Origin: Paramoeba atlantica
Taxonomy: Eukaryota; Protista; Discosea
DNA: 64,000 bases
Direction of reading: 5' to 3'
Assembly: GCA_977017575.1 (NCBI GenBank)
Contig: CDRNVI010000020.1
Location: forward strand, 434,001 to 498,000
Positions 1-12,162 of this stretch are shown one piece after another. The notes under the pieces are model-generated. The model was not told the origin of the DNA. It saw only the letters and a list, made by a program, of their open reading frames with translations, and did no database searches. Position numbers and translations under genes: made by a program. Numbering within the stretch: position 1 is the first letter of the stretch; each line of letters opens with the position of its first letter.

Positions 1-152
1 GGGTGCAGTATGACAGATAGGGGTGCAGTATGACAGATAAGGGTGCAGTATGACAGATAAGGGTGCAGTATGACAGATAAGGGTGCAGTATGACAGATAA
101 GGGTGCATTTATGACAGATAAGGGTGCGAGTTTCTATGACAGATAAGGGTGC
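1..152. repeat. 20-bp tandem repeat (gggtgcagtatgacagataa), five near-perfect units then degenerate units; array runs off the window start
   Basis: Units start at 1, 21, 41, 61 and 81; copies from 101 to about 152 accumulate indels. Confidence 0.95.
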
Positions 153-282
153 GGGTGCCGTGACATGTTAACGGCATCCCGAGAGCGTGTTTCGACGGTG
201 GTTACCCCTGCGTTCCTGGATGTGGCTCTTAAGCTTATCGACGAGGGGTATGACCTTGTTTACGGCGTAGATAGCTGGAGCG

Positions 283-477
283 ATCTTCTGGTCTGTGATG
301 GACACAGACAAAAATCTTCTTCGACCCCGAAATCGACAGCAACTGGAAGCCGCTATTGAGGGGTCTTTCCTTAAATTGAAACAGACCCACTCTGCAACGG
401 TTCAGAAAACGTTGAAGAGTTTCAGGAAGCGTTGTGAAATTGTTATTAGTCGGAACGGGGGGCACTGTGGTTACTAA
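283..477 (+). pseudogene. C-terminal fragment of a Tc1/mariner-like transposase
   Basis: Reads IFWSVMDTDKNLLRPRNRQQLEAAIEGSF...LKSFRKRCEIVISRNGGHCGY*, resembling the Tc1 C-terminal W...L..AI...R...VI...GG..Y* pattern. No catalytic core upstream. Confidence 0.5.
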
Positions 478-607
478 TTGTCTTTTGCAATGCAAATTAA
501 AGAAATTATTGACACCACTAAAGTATTGCAATATGTGTTTTTGACCCTTACATGAAAGGGGGGTACCCCCCAAACCCCGGGAGCTACCTATCCTAAAGCA
601 TATAACT

Positions 608-670
608 CTGTGAGAGCTATCCAATGCGCTATTATTTTCCAAAATTGGACAACTTTTACGAATTTTAGAC
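608..670 (+). repeat. Dispersed repeat (gagagct...gctattattttccaaaat...ttttagac); other copies 5724-5785 (-) and 8511-8586 (+)
   Basis: Three recognisable copies in two orientations. Confidence 0.75.
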
Positions 671-2034
671 TTTCTTCCGAATTTCCTCAAGCGCTTGTGC
701 AAATACGCGGCAGTCCCCATGTTGATATCGAATCGTATACACCCCTCAAAGGATAGCAGTCCCCCCCTTAATTTTCGTACAGGTGGAGTTGAGAGCTCAT
801 CTTTTTTTAAGAATGTGCAGAATAAAAAAGTAGAGCGTTTCCCACTATTTTTAGCTCAGTTTAGTTCGCATAAAACCAAACGCCGGGTTGGGGTCAAAAA
901 AAAATATTACATGGATTTTTGACAATTTTTTCTCCAAAAATTGACAATTTTTTCATGAAAGAAACTCTAAAGTGCATCGAAACCGTCAATTTAGTAACCT
1001 GTGTGATCCTTACACTATCTTACACACGTTTTCTACAGAATCTATATTTTCGTAATTTTTCACTTATTTTCACACAGTTTTTTTGTCATTTTTTAGTATT
1101 TTTGCCACTTTGCTGATGAACAGTAACTTATTGCACTCCATAACAATTTTTACACGCATATCATAAGTAATAGGTCCATAGTGAAGGTTCCGAGGCCGAG
1201 AGAAATGTTTTGTCATTGGTTAAAAGGATGAATATCGGGCATAAACTTATTTTTTTAGGAAATAGTATGGTGCTTCGTCAAAATGGCGATTTTCGACCAG
1301 TATTTTTAATCTCTTTTCTTTCTCTTGAGTTTTTTCACGCTGATTCCTTCGGCAAACATACGACAAATTTCGAGATCTATCGAATGCCGAAGGAATTAGG
1401 TTAAAAGCTTGCACGACGCAAAAACGAAGGGGGGGGGGGAGTGTTATCCTTTAAGGGGTGTATGCCACTAATGCCGCAGGGATGTTGTCGCCGACTGCCA
1501 AATTTCCTTCGGATTTCCACAGGACACCCATTTTCATGGAGTTCCGAATCCAATCCAGAAATGCTAACAGCAGATCGTTCTTCCTGTGTTCGTCTTGATG
1601 GTACCGGGGGGCATTCCTCTCGGACGCCCCTACCCCAAAGCAGCGGCAAAGATGAGCGTCAAATTCTAGGAAACTACGATCCCGCGCGCCCACCGGGCCC
1701 TTGATAAAAATACCGTTTGTTCTCAGCTCTAGGGGCTCGAATGTTCCCTTCTCCCTACCTTCCACCCGCTCCATAGCACTTGAATAGGAGTCGAAAGGTA
1801 ACTTCTCTAGGCAATGAACCGTTACGTTCGTCGGAGGAAGAGTGAGCTCGCCGAACTTTCCGTAGTCGAATATCATAGACATCTTTTCTTTTGCACCTTC
1901 TTAACATGTGGTAAACTAACCAATAAACCACCAAATAAACCATTTCACTGAGCGGTAAACCATGTTGGTTCGCCGCTAAACGATGTATGATAATAACAAT
2001 ATTACATGATTTGAATAGCTACGTTGGAAGGTAT

Positions 2035-2200
2035 ACCATAAAACAATATTATGACTCGCATCAGGAGCCGAGAATAACATGCGCACATGCCATAAAAGAA
2101 TATTATGACTCGCATCAGGAGCTGAGAATAACATGCATACAGGACTCGCGTACCGCATGCATACAGGACTCGCATCAGGAGTTGAGAATAACATGCATAG
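2035..2200. repeat. Irregular tandem repeat built on gactcgcatcaggag(c/t)(c/t)gagaataacatgc
   Basis: Three copies of the core at about 2053, 2107 and 2167, separated by variable spacers. Confidence 0.85.
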
Positions 2201-2610
2201 TTTAATTAGTAGAGGTGAAAGGATGCTTATCCTGAGCGAAATTTGAGTCGAGGGGGCGAAAAAGTGAGTTGAGGAGTGGAAGGAGTCGAGATCTCGCATT
2301 CCGCGCATAAATGCTTCCTCACATATTTTTCATTGGTTTATGATGTAAGAAAAGAAACACGAATATACGAATAAAATCTAATAGACTGTAGTGTAACAAA
2401 AAAAATACTAAACGTGGCTATTTTCATCATTATTCTGAATTGACAGAGATACTTGGAGGACAACTTCAAGGACTTACACGACACTGGTTTAAACCACAGA
2501 ACCCAGTTCCGACGTCAATACATAGTGCATAATAGTACAATAAACCGTTGCTGTGGACGAAAAAAGTATTTCACTTGTTGAATGCTGAGAAAAAACCAGA
2601 GAAAAATATC

Positions 2611-3828
2611 TCAGATACGGAGAAGAAATACCATAAATCGGAGCTCTGGACGTACGAATATTACCGCAATATTACCACATATTGTGACTCGCAACTTATC
2701 CTTGGCAATATTGTTGAGTAAGTGACCTACACAAGGAAGGAGCACAATCTGAGGCTGCGTCATTATAAAGCTGGCATAAAAGGCGTTCCAGTCAGAATCG
2801 CCCAGCGGGGTAATGCTTTCAAACGCCTGTCTCAATGCGTCATGTGCTTCTTTTCTAGCTATGTGATTAACGGCGCATCCATCAGCAACCAGGTACGCAA
2901 GCTTCGCTATTCTAGTCCTTTGAAGACATCGCTGAAGCTCTGAAACAAGTATCTCTGCCGTGTCTTTCCCATTAAAGGCGCCAAACTTTGGATGATACAT
3001 TGGTGGAGTCAGCCACCGGTGCGACCCCACATAAATAACAGCAACCAAGACATGTTCGTGCAGCACGGAGTCGATTCCAGCATCAATCGCAAGCCCAAAT
3101 ATCTCGTGATCGTCTATGGTCTCGCGAATGTTTACCCACACACAATGTGCAAGAATTCTCACGTCATGTTGAATAGTGCGCACGTCCTTGGGGAAAACAT
3201 TTATCATTTTTGCCTTTGAAACCTCGGGACGCGCCTCCTCGTACTTGCGGAATTAACGAATACAGACAGAGAGAGGGATAGGAGTTGTAGAAATTAATTG
3301 GGGGAAAATCGTATGCGCAAACTGGGAGGCCGTAATTTCGGTACCTACATCGGGCGTTTCTGACGGCACACGAGCGTCCAGAGCACTACATACTTTTGTG
3401 TGGGTTGTCAGCGCAGATTGCGTTGATGTGTGAGAAGTGTGTCCACATTTCTTGCACTTCAAGTGCACGTGCTGCTGCATTTGGTCTCGCATTGAAACAT
3501 CACTATGATCGTGTTTTTTTGCCATGCACTCGGCATTTTTCATGGAGCATAGTTCGTCTTGCGAGTTGGCAAGGACCGTTGGGCTGGTCAGGAGAGAGTG
3601 GCCTCGACGAATTCGCTGTTTTGGACCTTCTTTGGGTCTACTTCGACTTCTCAGAAGCTCTGTTGCTGCATGAGCAGCTGCTGGAGTCGGCGACGCTGCT
3701 AAAACTTCTTCGAGTCTACTGTCTGCATCACGTCGGTCCTTCCGAGTCGACAGTCGTGATAATTCAGTGACAGGTGTTTCCTCATTACGGGTACTTGAAA
3801 CTGGGGCTTCAAGCTCACCAGGTGTATA
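2611..3828 (-). pseudogene. hAT-superfamily transposase remnant (BED zinc finger plus N-terminal part of the RNase H-like core)
   Basis: CKKC...HTKVC BED-like finger. After one in-frame TAA (3253-3255) the same frame gives LAIDAGID, YLVADGCAVN and LLPCVGHLLNNIAKD (hAT D, D and CxxH motifs). Truncated at the C-terminus. Confidence 0.75.
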
Positions 3829-4466
3829 TTATTGTTTTCTCTTTCTAGCCATAGGAAAGGAAAGAAGGGTAAAAACAATCCGTGTGTGTTGTAATGTGAA
3901 AATATTGTGAAGAAATGATAGAGTATTAAGTGGTTAACGGTAAATAAACCATAGTTTATTGGTTCATTTACCACGTAGGTATGTCTTAACGACTCCCTTC
4001 CACATTTCCCCTCGGGGCACCTTATCCGAAGACCAGAGAACTGCAATCGTGTCACCAACATCTACCTCGACGATAAACTTTCTGATACGGGAGTTTGAAA
4101 GTGCGGTGGGAAGATCGGGCATAGTGCGCTAATTACTCACTGTGTCCCCCCGACACAGTAACTGGTCATGGGCACCTTAAACTGGACAGTGGTTTAGAAA
4201 TAGGATTGTAGTAGAATAAAACTAGCAGTGAATTTCTAAAAATAGATATTTGGTGCACTGGATATGGTATTCAATCAAGTGCAAACAGAGACGTTCTCGA
4301 AACTTTTTATTATTCTCTTTGTATGCTAAGCAGCATGTTATGAGTAAATTGAACCTTTGTCCAAAAAATACATTAAACACGCAAAATGTAGCGTACAGTG
4401 CAGTAGTACGCATTCATTCAAAGGTATGTTTTCAACATAACGTTTTTTCAATACACTAAAATTCAA

Positions 4467-4489
4467 TCCCTTTTTCCCGCCTCTTTTAG
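4467..4489 (+). promoter_or_regulatory. Putative trans-splice acceptor (polypyrimidine tract plus AG)
   Basis: tccctttttcccgcctctttt-AG, 23 nt upstream of ATG 4513. Similar tracts precede ATG 14946 (AG 14943-14944) and ATG 25763 (AG 25761-25762). Confidence 0.45.
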
Positions 4490-4512
4490 TCTCCCTTCCC
4501 TTTCCCTTCCCC

Positions 4513-5358
4513 ATGGCTGGCGGTCCCGGACCCTGTCTCGCTGCCTTAGAACTCCAACTCATTGACGCGAACCTCCGACTCTACCCCCAACGTGTCCATG
4601 AACGCTCCTTCTCCGCTTTCGAAGCCAGTGGTATGATTCTACTCCAAAAAAACGGCAACTATCATCACAATCTCAACAACAACAACAACAACAACCCAGA
4701 AAATCCCTCCCCTCCCCCCATCACCTCCCCGGACCCCACCCTCCACGACCTCCACGTCACCTCCTTCACCCATCTCCAATCCATCCACCCCCTCCCCCCC
4801 TCCGACCCTCCCACCTACCAACTCTACCCCCGACGCACCCGCACCACCCGCGCCTTCGAGGCCGTCCTCTCCCTCTGCGCCCTCCCCCACTCCCCCTTCA
4901 CCCTCTCCGACCGCTACGACCCGGTCGAGTGCAAGTTCCTTCTACGCTCCAAAGAGATGGACACCCTACGGGAGTACAACGCCACCAACCCGTTCGGGTA
5001 CACCCAGCACAACGCGATCCACTTCGACGGCATCCTCACCTCCCCCCACCACAGGGCCGTGGCCTTCGTGATGGGGCTCCTCGGCGGCACGGGGGGGCTC
5101 GCGGGGGTCCAGGCCCTGTGTCTCCCCCACCAGTACGTGGACTTCATCAAGTTCTGGACCACGAAGGTGCACAAGGACAACAGGGGGGCCGCGGGGCGGT
5201 ATGAGGCCATGTTTGCCCTGTGCAGGGACCGCCCCTGGTTGGTGGTGGCCACGGAGGGGGGGGCGACGCGGGAGGTGGTGCGGCAGTGTGGGGAGAGGGG
5301 GGTGGGGGTGATGCAGAGGGTGAGGGGGGGGTGTATGAGGTTTGGGTTTGTGAGGTGA
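4513..5358 (+). CDS. Hypothetical protein, 281 aa, with an Asn-rich linker
   Basis: Long ORF after a polypyrimidine tract, globular-looking C-terminal two-thirds, and the same C-then-G codon skew as recognised core genes. No family recognised. Confidence 0.75.
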   Translation: MAGGPGPCLAALELQLIDANLRLYPQRVHERSFSAFEASGMILLQKNGNYHHNLNNNNNNNPENPSPPPITSPDPTLHDLHVTSFTHLQSIHPLPPSDPPTYQLYPRRTRTTRAFEAVLSLCALPHSPFTLSDRYDPVECKFLLRSKEMDTLREYNATNPFGYTQHNAIHFDGILTSPHHRAVAFVMGLLGGTGGLAGVQALCLPHQYVDFIKFWTTKVHKDNRGAAGRYEAMFALCRDRPWLVVATEGGATREVVRQCGERGVGVMQRVRGGCMRFGFVR

Positions 5359-5984
5359 GAGGGGGGAGGGGGCGGGGGCGGGGGTCGGAAACGTGCGTTG
5401 CGCGCGCTTTGTGACGGAGTAGGATCCGTACGAGGTGGGACGCTACGGTGTATTCACTATGGGTAAAGTAAAATATTGCCGTCGGGTACGAATACAAAAG
5501 GGTGTAGCATAGGTGTTTTTTGTATCCTGACTAGTAACCTGCTTTTTTGACGATTTTTTCTTCCGATCCTGTGCTATTGAAAAGTGAACTGATGTTCCTT
5601 TTTTGCTTTTCATTTCTCCTTCTTTGTGTAATCCTGAACTTTTTTTCCTGATATTAATCCAGGCACAAAGGGGCGAGGGAGGTGCGAAACAACATACAAG
5701 AGTAAAAATTCCATGGTGCGGGGGTCTAAAAATCGTAAAACGGTCCAATTTTGGAAAATAATAGCGCTTTCAAGAGCTCTCGCAACGTTGCATGTTTTAG
5801 GATGGGCAGTTTTCGGTGGGAAAAATCAGGGATTTCAAAAAATGCCGATTTTCGCGTGAAAATGGGGTCATTTTTGCGTATTTTCGCTCAAAAAGCACTG
5901 AGATTTTTTTATCGGAAATCACTTTTAAAACCGTATTTGTCCAGGAGGGGTCTTCCTCACTGCCTTCCACCCTCATCCAAGGGG

Positions 5985-6080
5985 ATCCTCTGGGTAGTGC
6001 TGGGTAACACCGAGTACCACTGGATAACACAGAGTAGCACTATGTAACACTGGGTAGCATCGGGTAGCTGAGTACACCAT
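5985..6080 (-). repeat. Array of (g)ctacccagtg/ttacccag motifs, reverse copy of the family at 45075-45160, 45860-45920, 58102-58180 and 62310-62380
   Basis: ctgggtagtgctgggtaacac...aacactgggtagca is the reverse complement of tgctacccagtgttacccag. Confidence 0.7.
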
Positions 6081-6207
6081 GTGAGTTTCGGGAGCCACTT
6101 AATCTCGCCGAATTAACCTTAGTAAGCGAGTTGGATGCCGTAACTCCCTCAATAAAGTACTAAAAAGGTTCTACTAAAGTCTTTATTAACGTTTTCTTGT
6201 TTTCTAC

Positions 6208-6801
6208 ATGTTCCTTACAAAGTTTTTTTCATCCGACACAAAATACACGGCCTCCCGTTTGGGCAGAGTTCGTGCGTCCCTACCGCAGGAATATCTCTTT
6301 GCGCAGCTCATAGAGAAGATCCGTAATCCTCATCCCAGTTGGGAGACTAACACAGTTGTGTGTGAGTGGCAAGGTGTTGTTTGTGTTGAGGATTCCAAAG
6401 TCGCTGGTATTTATTGGCGCAATAAAGGACTTCTTGGCACTCTTCAATGGAGATGTCTGCCGCCTACCCTCGCGGATTTAAATCTCTCGTGGAACGAGCT
6501 TACGGGTCTTATTCCATTAGACGAACTCCCTCAAGGATTAGTAAAGTTTCGAATTGGGAATAATAAGTTTTACGGCGAGCAAACTTTTCATAGGCTTCCA
6601 TCCATGTTGAGCGAATTTTGTGTGAATGACAACGACTTTGAAGGGGTGGTAGATTTCGCTTCCCTCCCTAAGGACTTGACGTATCTTGACCTAAAGTGGA
6701 ATGCTAGACTTAGAGGTGATCTTGTACGGTCGGATCTGCCACACAACCTGCAAATTACTTTTTGCGTTTTTATTACAGGTACACAGATTCAAGAGCTTTG
6801 A
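6208..6801 (+). CDS. Short LRR protein (family member 1)
   Basis: RLGRVRASLPQE motif, W...CEWQGVVC cap (LRRNT_2-like), about 22-aa LxxLxLxxNxxxG repeats. Confidence 0.85.
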   Translation: MFLTKFFSSDTKYTASRLGRVRASLPQEYLFAQLIEKIRNPHPSWETNTVVCEWQGVVCVEDSKVAGIYWRNKGLLGTLQWRCLPPTLADLNLSWNELTGLIPLDELPQGLVKFRIGNNKFYGEQTFHRLPSMLSEFCVNDNDFEGVVDFASLPKDLTYLDLKWNARLRGDLVRSDLPHNLQITFCVFITGTQIQEL

Positions 6802-7323
6802 TTCTGTTAATTCTCATATTATATCATATAGTGGCGCTATACTATGTCAGTAGTATAGCCCTGTATAGTGCGGGCCAAACGTTTCTTCCCTCTAAAAAAG
6901 TGCGTTTCTTTATCGCTTTTTCGTGATTTTTGTTCTCGTAGTGCGATAAGCATACCTTTTTTATGGCGGGATCTCGATGATTACTCCTGAGAAGCCAAAA
7001 AATGAACAAAATAAACGCAATTTGGTCCTTATAAATAATTAAGGCCTCATATTAATATGAGTGGCTACTTTGTTTATGTATCGTGCTGTTGATTCTTATC
7101 AATTTTTTTATCAATATGAGATTGGTGGCATGAAAGTTAACATACCTGTAACAGGATACATGCCGGGGGTATGTTATCATGTAACACCGTTTACATGCAG
7201 GTGAGACCTCGGTGAAACCTCGCGAAACCTATTACAATAACTTCAATAGTGTGCCACTATAGTGCACCATTGCATACAGACGACCACTTGATTTGAATTT
7301 TTTAAAAAAAGCATTTTCTGCAG

Positions 7324-8007
7324 ATGGACGATACAGTTCCGAATTTGTCATATTCACGTGCCGCAAAGGTAAGAGGAAACTTGCCACAGGAATTCGAACT
7401 GGCACAATTGATCAAGGATATTGAAAATCCGCTTCCCTCATGGAACACCTCTACCCCTGCGTGCAAGTGGAAAGGAGTTGTCTGCACCGATGGCATACAC
7501 ATCTCCAAGATTCGTTGGAGTCGGAGAACAACATTGCCGCCACATCTAAGAACAAGGTCTCTTTGCGGCAACGGTTTTTCCGGTAGGCTTCATTTGCAAC
7601 ATTTGCCGCAATCCTTGGAGACCCTTGATGTTTCTATAAATCGAGCACATGGAAGTGTGGACTTAACTCGTCTTCCGCATGGCTTAACACTCCTTTATCT
7701 CAATAAAAACATGCTTTCGGGAAACGTAGTGTTTGATTGCTTGCCACAGACTATGAAATATCTCAACTTAGGAAACAATCAGTTTACAGGGTGTCTAGAT
7801 TTTCGTCATTTACCATTAACATTGGCAAAGTTATACTGCAACGACAATAAATTTAATGCTATAGTTCGGTTCCATAGCCTTCCCCTGAGTATGGTATTCC
7901 TCCAGCTTCGAAATAATCCTGAGCTGCAGGGTGTTCTTGAGAAATCTAGTTTTCCTGCGACTGGGACTGAGATTAATATCAGTGGTACAAAACTCACAAT
8001 CCGGTAG
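7324..8007 (+). CDS. Short LRR protein (member 2)
   Basis: RAAKVRGNLPQE motif, PACKWKGVVC cap, LRR repeats. Close paralog of 39764 and 41686. Confidence 0.9.
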   Translation: MDDTVPNLSYSRAAKVRGNLPQEFELAQLIKDIENPLPSWNTSTPACKWKGVVCTDGIHISKIRWSRRTTLPPHLRTRSLCGNGFSGRLHLQHLPQSLETLDVSINRAHGSVDLTRLPHGLTLLYLNKNMLSGNVVFDCLPQTMKYLNLGNNQFTGCLDFRHLPLTLAKLYCNDNKFNAIVRFHSLPLSMVFLQLRNNPELQGVLEKSSFPATGTEINISGTKLTIR

Positions 8008-8758
8008 GTATGCTAGACTGAATAATTTACATGCTGATTTACCGTCGAAGTTTTTATCAACAGAATAACAATTAGCGGAATAAAATTTTTCTGATTTATT
8101 TTCCCAAAATCTTTCCAAAACTTTTCATCTTTATACAAAAAAACGAGATAAATAAACGAGAATTTACAAGATAGATGTGGTGAAACGTTTCACCAAAGCG
8201 ATGAATCACGTTTAGCGATGAATCATGTTTAGTTTGTAAATAATTATAAAGTTTTACTGGGTTTTTCCACTACTTCTTTACGTCGCCCTGGTTTTTTTCC
8301 CTTTGTAAACCCATTACTTGGAAGAAGACCGCACAGACGATAGTGTTGGAGGCAATGAAGGGGACGATGAGGCTAACGAGATCAGTTAGAGCTTGAAGTG
8401 AGTTAAAAACGTCAAGTTTTTCTAGAAAGTTGCAAAAATATGCAAAAACATTACTCTAAAATGCGTTGTGTGTAAAAGCACGAGAAACGATATAGATTCC
8501 ACAAAAGGGCTATGTGAGAGCTCTCGAATGGGCTATTATTTTCCAAAATATGTAAAAACGTTTTACATACATGTATTTTAGACCCCACCCCATATTTACA
8601 ACTGTAACTGCAATCGAAAATCAATAACTGCAATCTGTTGTAACTGCAATCGAAAAGCCAAAAAGTGAAAGATAACCAGGGGGTGGTGTAACAGATAACG
8701 AGTGGGGTACCGTACTTTTTGTTCCCTTTTTTTCAATAATTGAGGGTAGAACGGTATA

Positions 8759-8900
8759 CAGTGGTTTCAGTTGATCCTGTCCCCCCTCGGAATTTTGACT
8801 TTTTTTAACTCATCTTTGCAGCATTGGAGATATCTCGTTCCCCTAGCAAAGAGCTTTGCCGCCTTTTTTTTATAGAGACCCCCTGGTGCCCCCTCGGTGA
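8759..8900 (+). mobile_element. Tc1/mariner-like terminal sequence (TA|CAGTGGTTTCAGTTGATC...)
   Basis: TA-preceded CAGTG terminus. Inverted homolog at about 14130-14276; partial third copy at about 32560-32625. Confidence 0.7.
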
Positions 8901-8939
8901 CCCGAAAGTTGACCAAAAAAAATGACATCTTTTTACCTA

Positions 8940-9288
8940 AAGGGGGGGTTCGTCTATTATTAACAACCATCTATTATTAACAATGGTATTATTTCATCTA
9001 TTATTAACATTCATCTATTATGAACAAGAATTAATTTCCTTCACTTTTCGCAGCTTCCTTAAAGGAAAATTCGCTAAAACCAACTTTCACGGAGCGTTTT
9101 TTCGTAAAAGTGGTGTTATTCGTGGGGAAAGGGTAGGAAACAAGCCTAAAACAAGCCTGAAAGGTCGATTGTTAATAATAGATGAAAAGTTGATCTATTA
9201 TTGAAAAGGTGGGTATTATTTCATCTATTATTAACAAATCGTCTATTATTAACAAACAAGTTTGTTAATAATTGACGAACCCCCCCTT
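8940..9288. mobile_element. TA-flanked MITE, 349 bp, with internal tctattattaacaa repeats
   Basis: TIRs aagggggggttcgtc(t/a)attattaacaa, 27 bp with 1 mismatch; TA at 8938-8939 and 9289-9290. Confidence 0.85.
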
Positions 9289-9315
9289 TATGAAAAATAG
9301 AGCAAAAAACGGAAT

Positions 9316-11478
9316 TTGTGTGATAAACTGTCGAACTGGCGCCCTATCAGCCTGACCAGCTGTCTGGGGAAGCTACTCCACTCAATCATAGGACACAAAC
9401 TTCTGAGTCACGCTGACAGCACAGGGATCATCGACACGACCATACAAAAAGGCTTTCTCCCCAATGTCAATGGAACCATTGAACACACGCAAGCGCTTTG
9501 TAAACTGCTGGATTTTCAGAGGCAGCACAAACGGCAATACTGCTTGGGTCAATTCGACCTGAAAAACGCCTTTGGTTCTCTTCCACACTCGATCCTCTTC
9601 CAAGTATTACAATGGGCAAAGGTGTCGCCGATTATCATCGAATATGTTCACTCCCTCTATACCAGTGCTTCTCTCCGAGTCAAGTGTGCTGAGGGGTTGA
9701 CTAACCACATTCCCGTTGAACGAGGCGTTCTTCAAGGCGACACCCTATCTCCTGTGCTATTCAACCTTGCGATGGAGGTAGTTTTAAGGTACCTTCGATC
9801 CAGCTTTCCAGGATATGGCATCACATGGGGCGGGCAAGATTCATTCCTTAAGGCGTTTGCGGACGACCTTGCCGTCATTACCAAATCACCCGAAGAAATG
9901 CAGCATGTTACTAACGCCCTGGTAAAGGTGCTCGCCAGATTAGGCATGCGGCTAAATGTACAGAAATGTCGGCTTCAGTATATGGCTGTAGCGGATGGAG
10001 GATACAAAACCCACAGACCGCACATCCGTGCCGGCGGCGAAAGCATACCCCACGTTTGCGACAAAGGCAGTCAGTTTCTGGGCATGACGCTAGCGCCTGG
10101 AGCCCAACAAGGGAAAGTGTTGTTCAAGAGTCTCCGTACACAACTACGCCACTGGCTTACCAACGTATCTGAAAGTGCCATGGATACGCCCGCCCGCCTC
10201 TGGGTCTACAATAACGTCATTATTTCCCGTCTACGCTACGTTCTGACGGTAAATCCGGGAATCACACTGAATTTCATCCTGCGGCTGCAAAAGCTTGCGA
10301 CTACACACATTCGGAAATGGGTGAATATGGCCAAAACTGCAACCAGCGAACTTCTCTATTCTGAGCGGGGGTGGGCCTTAACTAGTTTCTCAAAGCTGTG
10401 GATACTCTGCAGGAGTACACTGGTCGAGCAAATGCAGAAATCACGTGACCCGGCTGTGCAACAGGCTTTAAGACACCGCATCCGCAGGGAACTGCACAAG
10501 CGCTCAACGGGACACGTCCAACCAGTAGTTGAACTGTACGACCGACGAGAAGACCGTGTGGCGACACGGCGGTTCATTGAGAGTGAATACGAGCGACACC
10601 TTTCCGAATCCCTGCAACGACGGGCTCCCATAGCGGCACAGTGGTTCCGTATGGCCACTGAGGACGAACTTGCGAAAGACTTTGCTGTTGCGGTATGTAA
10701 CATCAACAGTGAGGCACTCTCCCGGTTTACTGCATCTGTGTTGACCCAAACACCACTACCTACTCGTTCAGCACTGCGTCGTTGGGGTCTAAGTACGCAC
10801 ACGGACACAAAGTGTCCCATTTGCAATGAGGAGGTGCAGACAGTTCGACATGTCCTCACAGGGTGCAAGGTGGCCCTTGAACAGGGCCGCTACACGTTCC
10901 GCCATGATCTTATACTCCACGCTATCGCAGATGCCGTAAGAGCATCCCCAGAAACAGCGCAGTACCACTTTGATCTTTCTCTTTACCGAAACCCCCCAAC
11001 ATGGCTAAGTCAACAGGACACGGCCCTTAGACTTGATGGGTGGATCAAGCTACATAATGGTACTGAGTTCATACTTGAGCTCACTTCTCCGTGGGAGGAA
11101 AACTTTTTATCCTCACATGAAAAGTGCGGAAGTACGGGAATCTGTTTCTCGAAAGGAAAATGACTAACCCGGCAACCTTTCTTCTTGTCATCGAAGTGGG
11201 GGCCAGAGGGAAGCTCAACTCCTCTACGCGAGCGCTCAACTCACTTTTCGGAGGTAACAAGGCCACCGCCTCGCAATGTCGACAGAAGCTTGTCAAAAGA
11301 GCAATACGAGGAAGTTTCGCGATTTTTCAAAACCGCGATAACCCGAGCTGGACGGAAGCCAGCATATAGCGATGATGAAAAGCTTAAGGGAAACCCGTTT
11401 TGTGCGGGGTTTATACATGATTTACGTGTATTTTCTTAGGTGACAATCTCTGCAGTCATACTGCATGATAAACAAAAA
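9316..11478 (+). mobile_element. 5'-truncated non-LTR retrotransposon with RT and restriction-like endonuclease (HERO/NeSL/R2-type)
   Basis: RT motifs WRPISL, QKGF, FDLKNAFGS, GVLQGDTLSP, FADD. CPIC...HVLTGC knuckle, RHD, RLD...ELTSPWE. After a frameshift near 11120 continues RKY...VIEVGARG...RGSFAIF to the stop at 11369. 3' end is atgataaacaaaaa. Confidence 0.92.
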
Positions 11479-11721
11479 TTAGCGAATAATTCGTTTTCCG
11501 GTGCGCTCGATCTTTCACAGCTTCCGTTGACGATAGGAGGTATTTGCTTGCAGGAGAATACATTCTCGAGGCATGTGGAATTGACGCGTCTGCCCTGCGG
11601 ACTGAAAACTCTTGTTTTGAGCAACAATACAGGTCTTCACGGAGAGGTCAAGAAATCGCAATTACCAGATTCTGTTCGACATGGTTTGTTTACTTCTGAG
11701 ACGGGAATAAATGTAACTTGA
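11479..11721 (+). pseudogene. 3' fragment of an LRR-family gene (member 3) abutting the retrotransposon 3' end
   Basis: LANNSFSGALDLSQLP...LVLSNNTGLHGEVKKSQLP...GINVT* matches the family C-terminus. The 5' half is not found upstream. Confidence 0.8.
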
Positions 11722-12162
11722 GAAGTTAGGTTACGCGACTAATAATGGGTTATGTGTAATGTGACGAATTGGGATGTGCCTCCCGTTTTCGCGCACTCTC
11801 CGAAAAGTAATGAAGGAAAGTCGGAGATTAAACTTAGTTTGATAAACTGTACCAAAGAGTGGAGATAAAAAGGAACTGAAAAATAATTCAAAAATTTGTA
11901 GTGCAACACGAGTAGTCCGTAGGCAACACGTTTTGTTCAAGACTCAAAAAGAAGTGATTATCATATTGAAGTGAACAACATATTCAGAATATGTGTTTTC
12001 ATTCATTCACACGGTATTATTACCGAAACAGACGTTTGGTATTCTGGATATTGATCAGCACACTTATTTTATCTACTCAAATATAACATACGGATTCATT
12101 AGTTGCTGTTCGTTTCAATCACTGTAGTGAAATTTATATTACGTACTAGTATACTAATCCAC

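Noticed and set aside
1451-1882. 143-aa minus-strand ORF, and similar ones at 37065-37391, 57410-57806, 60834-61076 and 32144-32407
   Set aside because: No recognisable motifs, antisense to the gene cluster or embedded in repeats; possibly TE debris but not supportable as genes.
10071-10079. cagtttctg inside the HERO/NeSL-like RT ORF looks like SL sequence
   Set aside because: Only 9 nt, in coding context, with no flanking SL similarity; expected by chance.
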